The notes under the pieces are model-generated. The model did no database searches, was not told the DNA's origin, and saw only the letters and a list, made by a program, of their open reading frames with translations. Shown here one piece after another: positions 19,486 to 27,609 of a stretch of DNA of 55,269 nucleotides (its first letter is position 1; every line of letters starts with the position of its first letter). The stretch covers positions 1-55,269 of the forward strand of contig JANOAV010000164.1 of assembly GCA_031411295.1 (NCBI GenBank). The letters run 5' to 3'. The position numbers and the translations under genes are program-made. Source of the stretch: Verrucomicrobiales bacterium. GTDB lineage: Bacteria; Verrucomicrobiota; Verrucomicrobiia; Verrucomicrobiales; V1-33.

Positions 19486-20940
19486 ATGCCCCACAAACCC
19501 TACAACCCAAACCCCATCAATTCCAGCAGCGTTACGCTGGATACTCAACTGACGGATCTCACGGAACGCCTGGCGGAGAACACGCATGATCTTTGGGCGC
19601 TGGAGCGGATGGAACAGGGTTGGAAATTTGGAGAGGAGCGGGACGATGCTTTGAAGCTGCATCCGTGTTTGATTTCCTATGAGGAGCTTCCTGAGGCGGA
19701 GAAGGTCTTTGATCGGAAGACCGCGTTGGGCACGTTGAAAGCAATCATGGCTCTGGGATATCAAATTCAAGCGCCACTGGTCGTGAGCGGGGATGCACCC
19801 GACGCGCAGTCTGGTATTGCTCTGGATGGGTGGAAATCTCATTTGGAGTCGGCTTCTACGCTTGCCAAAAATAAGGGGAAGCGCGCAGGCACGTTTGATA
19901 TGGATGATGCGGCTGAATTAACGCAGTTGGAATCGACTAATTTAAAGCATGCCAAAGCAGTGCTTCAGGAACTGCAAACCCAGATTTTTCCAGTGTGGGA
20001 GAAGGAGGATGCGGCGGCTTTGTGTTTACAGAGGCGACACCACTGGATAGCTAGTCTGGCGATTTGGCCGGGGGTGATCGCGATCCTGTGCGCGATCCTG
20101 CAATTGACGGCCCGTTTCGTGTTGCCGAAGGAATCGTCTCTGCCATCAATCTTGGCAAACGTTGAGCTGGGGGCGGTGGTAGTCGCGGCCTTAGCGGTCA
20201 TTGGCGGATTAGGGTTTCACCTGCATCACGGATGGTTGGCGCATCGGCAGCGGGCGGAGCGTCTGCGGATCTTGAAATTCCAAGCACTGTCTTGGCCTGA
20301 GTTGTGGTGCGACTTTGATGCGTGGAAACGCAAACTGGCTGTAGAGGTCACCAAGTTGCGCGAGGTAACCACCAAGGCTGCGCACCATTGGGCGAAGGAA
20401 AAGGATTCGGTGCGCCCAGAGTTACCTGAGGCTCCGGCTTGTGTGGTGCCTCCTGCGGACCTCCAGGCGCTCTCGCTGCATTACCGAATCAAGCGTCTGG
20501 ACTTCCAGCGGAATTATTTCGATCATCAAGCCACCAAGGCGCATCGCAGCTCTTGGTTTGTGGATGGAAAATTTGGACTGTGGATTTTTGGTCTCAGTGT
20601 GGTGATCGTGCTGTGGCACGGCTTTCATCACCTGACGGGGGTTGGGGCGCACGTCGCAGTGCAGCCTGACAAGGTGGAGATCTTAGCGATTAGCCTTGCG
20701 GCGGTGTTGCCTGTGATCGGGTTTGGCTTCCGGGCTTGGTTTGCTGCGTTTGAAGCTCCGCGGAGTCGGAATCTCTATCGTGCAAAGGCGTTGGCGTTAG
20801 ACGATTACATCAACCGCAGTGCCACCCACGAGAACGACGTGGAACAAACGCTGCACCATATTGCGCACGGGGAACACTTCTTCACCAATGAGCATCGTGA
20901 GTGGTGTCGGCTGCAAATGGAGGCGGAGTGGTTTGTGTAG
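19486..20940 (+). CDS. RyR-repeat domain fused to two SLATT-like 2TM domains
   Basis: RyR: 'YNPNPI...LTERLAENTHDLWALERMEQGWKFGEERDD..KLHPCLISYEELPEAEK.FDR'. Two TM pairs, each preceded by SLATT-type motifs ('EDAAA..LQRRH...WLAHRQRAERLR' and 'YRIKRLDFQRNYF'). Confidence 0.8.
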   Translation: MPHKPYNPNPINSSSVTLDTQLTDLTERLAENTHDLWALERMEQGWKFGEERDDALKLHPCLISYEELPEAEKVFDRKTALGTLKAIMALGYQIQAPLVVSGDAPDAQSGIALDGWKSHLESASTLAKNKGKRAGTFDMDDAAELTQLESTNLKHAKAVLQELQTQIFPVWEKEDAAALCLQRRHHWIASLAIWPGVIAILCAILQLTARFVLPKESSLPSILANVELGAVVVAALAVIGGLGFHLHHGWLAHRQRAERLRILKFQALSWPELWCDFDAWKRKLAVEVTKLREVTTKAAHHWAKEKDSVRPELPEAPACVVPPADLQALSLHYRIKRLDFQRNYFDHQATKAHRSSWFVDGKFGLWIFGLSVVIVLWHGFHHLTGVGAHVAVQPDKVEILAISLAAVLPVIGFGFRAWFAAFEAPRSRNLYRAKALALDDYINRSATHENDVEQTLHHIAHGEHFFTNEHREWCRLQMEAEWFV

Positions 20941-21074
20941 CTTCGGACGCAGCGAGGCGAAGGCTCGACCCTTGGGCTGGCTTGAAAGTTCGCGTGCTGC
21001 CATCGAGGGGCAATTTCCTCGTGGACGGACTGGCGTTTTTGGCGCATTAGGGACGGACGCTTCTAAATTTATTT

Positions 21075-21704
21075 ATGTCTGCTCTCATCACTGTCATTTC
21101 TCATCCGTTAGTTAAAATCCGTCTGACCCGCTTGCGGGATGTGCATACGGGGCATGAGGAGTTTCGGCGGTGTGTGCATGAGATTACTCGGTTGATGGCT
21201 TATGAAATGACGCGGGATTGGGAGACGTCTCCGTTGCCGATTCGCACTCCGTTGACGGAGACGGTGGGGGCTGCGTTGTTGCATCCTCCGGTGCTGGCGC
21301 CGATTTTGCGGGCGGGCTTGGGGATGTTGCATGGGATGCTGGAGGTGCTGCCGGAAGCCCGGGTGGGGCACATTGGTTTGTTTCGCAATGAGGAAACGAA
21401 GTTGCCGGAGAGCTATTATTTGCGGGCTCCGGAGGATTTGACCCAGTCGAAGGTGTGCCTGTTGGATCCGATGCTGGCCACGGGAAATAGTGCGGTGGCC
21501 GCGGCTCAGCAGTTGAAGGATCTGGGGGCACGGCAGATCATTTTTGCCTGTCTGTTAGCAGCCCCGGAAGGTTTGAAGTGCTTCCAGGAAGCCCATCCTG
21601 ATATCCCAATCTTCACGGCCGCGGTGGACGATGGTCTGACGAGCACCGCCTATATCACACCGGGCTTGGGAGACGCGGGGGATCGGTATTTTGGAACGCT
21701 GTAA
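21075..21704 (+). CDS. upp: Uracil phosphoribosyltransferase
   Basis: PILRAGLGM, LLDPMLATGNS, YITPGLGDAGDRYFGT. Confidence 0.97.
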   Translation: MSALITVISHPLVKIRLTRLRDVHTGHEEFRRCVHEITRLMAYEMTRDWETSPLPIRTPLTETVGAALLHPPVLAPILRAGLGMLHGMLEVLPEARVGHIGLFRNEETKLPESYYLRAPEDLTQSKVCLLDPMLATGNSAVAAAQQLKDLGARQIIFACLLAAPEGLKCFQEAHPDIPIFTAAVDDGLTSTAYITPGLGDAGDRYFGTL

Positions 21705-21705
21705 T

Positions 21706-21773
21706 GGATAAGGGACAATAAGGACGAAAGAGACCTAAAGGACCTTTCCGTCCCATTCGTCCTTTCCGTCCCT
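21706..21773. terminator. Imperfect periodic inverted repeat between convergent upp and pyrC
   Basis: AAGGGAC/AAGGAC units followed by complementary GTCCC/GTCCTT units. Confidence 0.45.
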
Positions 21774-21779
21774 GAGGAA

Positions 21780-22808
21780 TTACTTTTGCAAGGACCACGG
21801 CAGCACGTGCCCGGCTTCGTAGGGCACCACGTTGGATTGGCCGCTGGCGGAAACGTAGATTTCTGGGGTGGGCGCGTCCTGTTTGACGAGCGTAACTTTC
21901 CGTTCCGGCAAATCCTTCAGGCCGTGCCAATGGCGGGCGTTGTCGGAGACGAACGCTTGGAGTTTGTCCAGTGCGCCATGTTGTTCGAACAACTCCGCCG
22001 CCCGTGGCAGTAGCACCGGGGCGGTGTAAACGCCAGCTGCGCAGCCGCAACATTCTTTCGCGGAGCGGGGATGCGGGGCGGAATCGCTTCCGAGCATGAG
22101 CTTGGGATGTGCCCGCAGCGCAGCCTGCAGCAAGGCATCCCGATCCTCCGGGCGCTTGGCGATGGGCTTGCAGAACAAATGCGGCTTCAGCATGCCACCT
22201 GCCACATCGTCCAGCGTGATGATCAAATGATGCAGGGTGACGGTGGCGCAGAGGTTCTCATAACGATCCAACAACTCCACTGCCCCCTTCGTGGTGATGT
22301 GCTCCATGGTGATCTTGAGCCGGGGATACTTCGTCGCCAGGCGCTCGTAGATACTGAGGAATTCGGCCTCGCGATCCATCACGAAGCCACTCGTTTCCCC
22401 GTGCACCAGCAAGGGAACGCCCATTTCCTGGAGCAGACTGAAGGTGGCATCCGCAGATTCGATCGATTTCACGCCCCCTTCGCTGTTCGTGGTCACCCCT
22501 TGAGGGTAGAGTTTCACGGCAAACAAATGCGGCCTGGCTTCGGCTAATTCAGCTTCCGTGTAGGCCTTGAGAAACAAGGTCATCAGCGGCTTAAATGCAG
22601 CCGCATCCGCTCCACAAGCCGCCAAGATGCGTTCCCGATACCCCACCAGCATCTCCGTGGAGGTTACCGGAGGAACGAGGTTGGGCATAATCACGGCCCC
22701 CGCCAGCGAACCCGCACTATGCGGAGCAACCAGCGAAAGCATGTCCCCGTCCCGCAAATGCAGGTGCATGTCCAAGGGGCGATCAAGAGTAATGGTATCA
22801 GAAGCCAT
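21780..22808 (-). CDS. pyrC: Dihydroorotase (homodimeric type)
   Basis: [44 protein letters not shown]. Start ATG 22808. Confidence 0.96.
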   Translation of the reverse strand: MASDTITLDRPLDMHLHLRDGDMLSLVAPHSAGSLAGAVIMPNLVPPVTSTEMLVGYRERILAACGADAAAFKPLMTLFLKAYTEAELAEARPHLFAVKLYPQGVTTNSEGGVKSIESADATFSLLQEMGVPLLVHGETSGFVMDREAEFLSIYERLATKYPRLKITMEHITTKGAVELLDRYENLCATVTLHHLIITLDDVAGGMLKPHLFCKPIAKRPEDRDALLQAALRAHPKLMLGSDSAPHPRSAKECCGCAAGVYTAPVLLPRAAELFEQHGALDKLQAFVSDNARHWHGLKDLPERKVTLVKQDAPTPEIYVSASGQSNVVPYEAGHVLPWSLQK

Positions 22809-22878
22809 GACGCACGAGTGCCGGAAATGGCGCGCAGAGCAAGGAGATTTCGGACCTCGCAGTTTTCGAGGAACACAG

Positions 22879-22992
22879 GCAGCCCTCACCGCGGTCAGCG
22901 CAGCCGCCCTGACCATCTACGATAGGTGCAAGGCTGTGGACCACCAGATGGTCATCCGTGAGGTCAGACTGCTGCGCAAAACCAAGGGCTGA
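22879..22992 (+). pseudogene. moaC: 3' remnant of a moaC-like gene
   Basis: [36 protein letters not shown] matches the MoaC C-terminal signature (ALTxYDMCKAVD). The 5' part is absent. Confidence 0.75.
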
Positions 22993-23066
22993 TCCATCCA
23001 CTGTCTTGATGGGTGCCGTCCACGGCTCCGGTGGGCGCATGCGTTGCAAAAACGCAGGTTGCTTTT

Positions 23067-23258
23067 GAGGTGGAGCGAGGCTGTGTCCGAGAGGTGGAGC
23101 GAGGCTGTGTCCGAGCGAGTCGTGAGCTAGGTTCAAGAGTTCGGAAACCGCTTAGCCAGCGCTGCTCAGCCCAGCGCAGGTCGTGCTTCGCTAGGAAAGA
23201 TGGGCGTCATCCTGAGTCACCGCTCACGACTGGCTCGGACACAGCCTCGCTCCACCTC
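23067..23258. repeat. REP-like inverted pair with a 24-bp tandem duplication
   Basis: GAGGTGGAGCGAGGCTGTGTCCGA x2 (23067-23114) and an inverted copy at 23222-23258. Confidence 0.8.
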
Positions 23259-23329
23259 CATAGCCGCCTTCGGCAGCTCCCGTAATTGCAAATTGCAAAA
23301 GCCACGCCACCATTCAGCCACATTTTCTA

Positions 23330-23408
23330 ATATCAACTCCATGCGACAGTATTCGCAACGCATTCCCGAACGCTCCTTCACCAACCGACGGCTCGCACTC
23401 TCCATCAT
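23330..23408 (-). pseudogene. 5' stub of an HNH endonuclease gene
   Basis: MESASRRLVKERSGMRCEYCRM resembles the HNH N-terminus (R..V..RA...CEYC). The HNH core is absent. Confidence 0.5.
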
Positions 23409-23667
23409 ACCGGACGGGAAATGTCCACTCCCGACACAATGAAGAAAGCACCCAGCTTCTCACAGGACGGTCAAGCTTCCTCCAGCAGATCCAAAGAGGC
23501 CAACAGATTATTTTTAAATGAAACCGCAATTCAAAGCCAAATCTGCTGTCCTCCCTGAATCTGCTGGAGGTCAATTTCACTACTCGCCCGGCTTCTCGCC
23601 ATGGCGAATTTTTGCACACGCCTCCGCCGTTGGGACAAACCTAAACTCGGAGCAAAATCCAAACCGT

Positions 23668-23853
23668 CGCGCTAGCGTCCTGGAGTGCGGTGGCAAGGCT
23701 TTGCGCGACACCGCTCTGGACGCGCAAACAGGCCGAGAGCATGGATTGCGTTGTAGCAGGAGTTCGTGCCTTTTGTGGAATCCAGAGTCCCAAGCGAAGT
23801 CGAAAGCGGCGTGGCGCAAAGCCTTCCCGCCGCACTCCAAGACGCTATCGCGA
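23668..23853. repeat. REP-like inverted pair (TGGAGTGCGG family)
   Basis: TAGCGTCCTGGAGTGCGGTGGCAAGGCTTTGCGC versus GCGCAAAGCCTTCCCGCCGCACTCCAAGACGCTA. Confidence 0.8.
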
Positions 23854-24014
23854 CAACCCAAGCTTTCCGCCTTAGCCACAGATCCCAACGCCACGGCAGC
23901 GCTACTGCCAGCCCCTACTGCGCCAACCAAAAGCTCATCACTCCGGATTCTCATGGAGCTATGGTATAGCGGTTAACGAGGGGATTGGCAAATGGGAATT
24001 TCCAGTCAATACAC

Positions 24015-24129
24015 GTCGAACGCTCAAACTGAGCCATGCGGTTGCTTGGCGCGATTAGTGCCCGCACGAAGTGCGGAAATAGCACTGATCGTGACAAGCA
24101 ATCGCATTGGCTACAGTGCTTTTTTGCAT
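24015..24129 (-). other. Integron attC-like recombination site (degenerate R'')
   Basis: Long hairpin. Minus-strand layout: R''(ATGCAAA)-5nt-L''(ACTGTAGC)...L'(GCTCAGT)-6nt-R'(GTTCGAC), with two extrahelical bases. Confidence 0.6.
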
Positions 24130-24393
24130 TCTAACGGAATCTACCACAATGACATTAAGCCATCGAATGTTCTGATAGGGTCACATGGACAGGCCCAATT
24201 GGCGGACTATGGAATATCGGGAGTAGATTCATCAGGGAAGAGCCTGTCGATCACCCCAAGGAATGCTTACAAAATACATAGGGCACCGGAAACGGCCACT
24301 ACCACACCGATTATAAATCCACAGACGGAAGTCTATCAAGTTGGAATTACTGCCTTCAGATTACTCAACGGCATTAGTTTGGTCACTAAATAA
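24118..24393 (+). pseudogene. Internal fragment of a Ser/Thr kinase gene
   Basis: FLHSNGIYHNDIKPSNVLI...LADYG...APE...EVYQVG. The N-lobe and C-terminus are missing. Confidence 0.75.
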
Positions 24394-25058
24394 CCATCTT
24401 GCGTAATAAAGAATGCCGTTCCGGTGGCTGTAGGTTTGCCTTGGTTTTCATCGCGCTGTTGTTCGATGAGTGGTCCTGCAAATATGACCTCAGGGCGATC
24501 GGTCTTTAATGCATCCATTTGCTTTTTGGCAAATTCGCAGGCTTTTTGAGCCACTCCAGATCGCTCAGCCCTCAGTCGCTCGCATCGTAACTCGTCGGTG
24601 ATTCTGAAAAGCTCATATTCTTGTGGATCCTTAATATCTTTTAGATTGTTAAGATAATTAATCTCATCTGAACGGATTCTCTCCGGCTCTTCTAACGCCT
24701 GTCGCCTTACTTCTGCCTGTCCCTCTATAGTTCCCAAAAAGTGAACCCATGCCCAATTTCGGGAATAATCTGAATAAGCCTTTACCCATAAATTGTATTT
24801 TTGAGGTTCAACCTTCGCGTGCTTTGCGGCGGCAACAGCCCTGTCGTAGTAATCTTTGCAGAATTCCAAACTTAGAGCGGAGAAATTTTGATCACGCAGG
24901 ACTGCTGGGGCCATATGTGCAAATGTGTAAGCAACAATGCCCGCACCAACCTTTAGATCATCTGCTAATTCAGTCTCCACATCGCTGTTAGCTGATGAGG
25001 CTTTCGATTCAGAGTAGATGAAGGTGATAGCAGCGACTAGGATAAATAGAATTTTCAC
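24336..25058 (-). pseudogene. Secreted protein truncated at the start of a trypsin-like protease domain
   Basis: Signal peptide MKILFILVAAITF. Ends ATGTAFFITQDGYLVT, the S1 protease beta-strands just before the catalytic His, which is missing. Confidence 0.6.
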
Positions 25059-25117
25059 GCTCTAAGCGTGCACTCAATTGAGTTCGGCGGCAAGCCAAAA
25101 TCGACATTCCCCCCACT

Positions 25118-25483
25118 TCACGGAATCCATTTCCGGACCGCAGGAGCCATCACGTCTGGGGCCTTGGCTGCGGCAATGATTTTGGCCATGGTGGCGGCAG
25201 GTGGGGATGGGATCACGATGAATACGCCGGATTCAATGGCTTTTACCCATGCAGGTCCGCATTGCACCGGGCCTTTGGCATTCGCGAAGGCAATGACGGA
25301 TTCGTGGTCTAATTGGTCCCACTCCGCTGGTGTGAGCACGCAGTCTGGTTCCCATTTCTCGTCTCGTCGCGTGGTTACGAGAACCACCACGATCCAGCCG
25401 CCATTCCCGATTGGATCAGAGATGACCACCATCCGATGATAGGGCGCAGCTTGCGATTTGACGGCAAAACCGAACCTTAGCAC
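25118..25483 (-). CDS. Putative PemK/MazF-fold toxin
   Basis: 'HRMVVISDP...IVVVLVTT...DCVL...LDHESVI' layout; overlaps the stop of the upstream antitoxin-like gene. Confidence 0.5.
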   Translation of the reverse strand: MLRFGFAVKSQAAPYHRMVVISDPIGNGGWIVVVLVTTRRDEKWEPDCVLTPAEWDQLDHESVIAFANAKGPVQCGPAWVKAIESGVFIVIPSPPAATMAKIIAAAKAPDVMAPAVRKWIP

Positions 25484-26034
25484 GCGAAGATATCGTCCAA
25501 GAGTTTCGCGCTTGCAGCCTGCTCAGTGAGGGCTTGGATGGAGCCTTCTGAAAAATGTAGCGCTCTCCCAATTTCCTCGATTTCAATTGGCTTGCTCCCA
25601 GATTTGAGTTCCTCCCATTCCGTCACATGCTCATGGGTCCAGCTAGAAAGTTCCTTGCCAGTCATATGGCCGAATTTTTCCCACACAGAGTTCAAGAGAT
25701 TCAGTTCGCGATCTGATAGGTGATCGCGCCCTGGATCAGCCACAGCTTTGATGTTCCATTCCTTATCCGGTGGCCCGATGAGCGGGGAAATGGCGGTATT
25801 CCATCCACTGTTGTTTCGATGATTTATCAAATCTAACACATCGCTGATCACTGGCCCCCAAAAAAAGGATTTATAGTTCCCTCCAACGATGGGCACGCCC
25901 CGTTGATTGATTGCCTCACGATCAAGCAGATACATCAGCTTGATGAGCTTGAGTTTATCCAACTCACCCCCTTCTCGGCTGATTATCTGAAAGGCCACTT
26001 CCGTCGCCTTTATTGCGTCCAGTTTGTAATTCAT
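25477..26034 (-). CDS. Panacea/SocA (DUF4065) antitoxin-like protein
   Basis: LKLIKLMYLLDR...GPV...LSDRELNLL..VWEKFG.MT..ELSSWTH...EW. Confidence 0.85.
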   Translation of the reverse strand: MNYKLDAIKATEVAFQIISREGGELDKLKLIKLMYLLDREAINQRGVPIVGGNYKSFFWGPVISDVLDLINHRNNSGWNTAISPLIGPPDKEWNIKAVADPGRDHLSDRELNLLNSVWEKFGHMTGKELSSWTHEHVTEWEELKSGSKPIEIEEIGRALHFSEGSIQALTEQAASAKLLDDIFAC

Positions 26035-26327
26035 GACGGTGGTAGCATCGGCTATTTAGGCTCCCTTCGCAAGAGTCGATTTTGCCCACTTTTGTAATCG
26101 AGGCGCATCATGGAAATCGCGCAGTTTTCATCAGGTTTCCATAGCCCCGTTGGCGCCTTTGTAAGTTTTAGGTTTCCGTCCCGTTGGAAGGAAACCGGTT
26201 CAAAGGGCACCTGCGTTGAGTGAATTTCCCGTGCAGGTGATGCGTCCGGTTCGTGCAGCATTTGGCGCATAAAAAGAGATTGCCAGCCAGAGGCAATCCT
26301 GCTGCAATCCGTCATTGCGGAAAACCT

Positions 26328-27575
26328 ATGAACGCTCATCCCATCTCTCGTCGCAGCTTCATCCACCTTGGCAGCCTCGCAGCTTCCGCCGGGAGCGTCT
26401 TGTCTGCTGCGGTCGGTGAAACGACCGTTCCGCCCGTATCTCATCCTTTTCTCACGGCGGATAAAGATTTCGTGGACGTTTCCCGGGGCGATCCCAAGCC
26501 ACATACCCTCATGGGAGCAGCCCAAGTGGAAGCACGGTTGACGGCCGAATCATGGCGGCTGGAGATCACGGCGGATCCTTTCATTGAAGCCCCGCACACG
26601 AAGGTGGCGGCCAGCTTGGAAAAGCCGCTGACCCTGGAGCATGGCAATGCACTGGATCTGGCAGGGCTGATCGAACTTGGTAAAAAACATGAGGTCCACT
26701 TCTTGAAAGCGATGCAATGCTTGAACATTGCCACGCCACTGGGGCAGGGACTGTGGTCTGGGGTTCCTTTGCGGGAGGTGCTCAGACTCTGTGGCCGGAT
26801 GTCTAATGTCCGCCGCATCTACTTCTGGGGCTTTCATAACCATGATCCGAAGCAAATTTTCAAATCATCCGTTAGCTACACCCAGTGCATGGAATCCGCG
26901 CCCGACGAGTTGCCGGTCTTTCTGGCGTATCGCTTAAATGGCGCACCGCTTTCCCTGCTGCGCGGTGGCCCGGTGCGGATGCTGGTCCCGTGGTCGCATG
27001 GCTACAAATCAATCAAGTGGCTCCAGCACATCTTTGTCACGAACGATGCCCGCAACAACGACACTTATGCTGAGGGTAACAATGATCCCGACTCCTTTCT
27101 CAAGACGGCCGCCTACGTCGATGTTGGGCCGGATAAGATCCCCGCAGGCGAACCCGTGTTTCTCACCGGCCAAGTCATTAGTGGACTCTCCGGGGTGAAG
27201 CGCGTGGAGTATTGGCTGCGTCAGGTGCCAGGCGGAGCGCAACCCGAGAAGCTGGCGGATGATGCTCCGGAATTGCTGCAAGGCCCGTGGCAACCATGTG
27301 CACTGGTCCCACCACCCGCATGGAATTCGATCCTGCCCTGTGGGATCAAGCCGCAAGAGGTGCTCGGGTTTAACAAGGTCACAGGAGAACCCAAAGCCTG
27401 GCCGCCACGCTACGGCATGTGCTCTTTCACGGCCACGCTGCGCAACCTCAAGCCCGGGCATTACGAACTCCGCGCCCGCAGCGTGGACCAGAACGATTTC
27501 GCTCAGCCAGAGCCGCGTCCTTCCCAGAAAAGCGGCAAGAACTCGATCCAAGTGCGCCGGTTCGAAGTGCTGTGA
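26328..27575 (+). CDS. Tat-exported molybdopterin-dependent oxidoreductase (sulfite oxidase family)
   Basis: SRRSF Tat motif, MQC, WSGVPLREVL, LAYRLNGAPL...RGGPVRMLVPW.HGYKSIKWL. Start ATG 26328. Confidence 0.88.
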   Translation: MNAHPISRRSFIHLGSLAASAGSVLSAAVGETTVPPVSHPFLTADKDFVDVSRGDPKPHTLMGAAQVEARLTAESWRLEITADPFIEAPHTKVAASLEKPLTLEHGNALDLAGLIELGKKHEVHFLKAMQCLNIATPLGQGLWSGVPLREVLRLCGRMSNVRRIYFWGFHNHDPKQIFKSSVSYTQCMESAPDELPVFLAYRLNGAPLSLLRGGPVRMLVPWSHGYKSIKWLQHIFVTNDARNNDTYAEGNNDPDSFLKTAAYVDVGPDKIPAGEPVFLTGQVISGLSGVKRVEYWLRQVPGGAQPEKLADDAPELLQGPWQPCALVPPPAWNSILPCGIKPQEVLGFNKVTGEPKAWPPRYGMCSFTATLRNLKPGHYELRARSVDQNDFAQPEPRPSQKSGKNSIQVRRFEVL

Positions 27576-27609
27576 CTCACGCCTCAATCGCTCCAACCCA
27601 GCTCTAGCA

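Noticed and set aside
12758..20940. Calling the locus canonical Thoeris, CBASS or Pycsar
   Set aside because: No SIR2-SLOG or Macro-TM ThsA, no CD-NTase and no cyclase within the cluster.
23518..23976. 152-aa and 124-aa ORFs on both strands
   Set aside because: They arise from the inverted repeat (the same peptide SVLECGGKALR appears on both strands).
27259..27609. Extended N-terminus of the CHASE2 cyclase
   Set aside because: It overlaps the oxidoreductase gene; a signal/TM start at ATG 27610 fits better.
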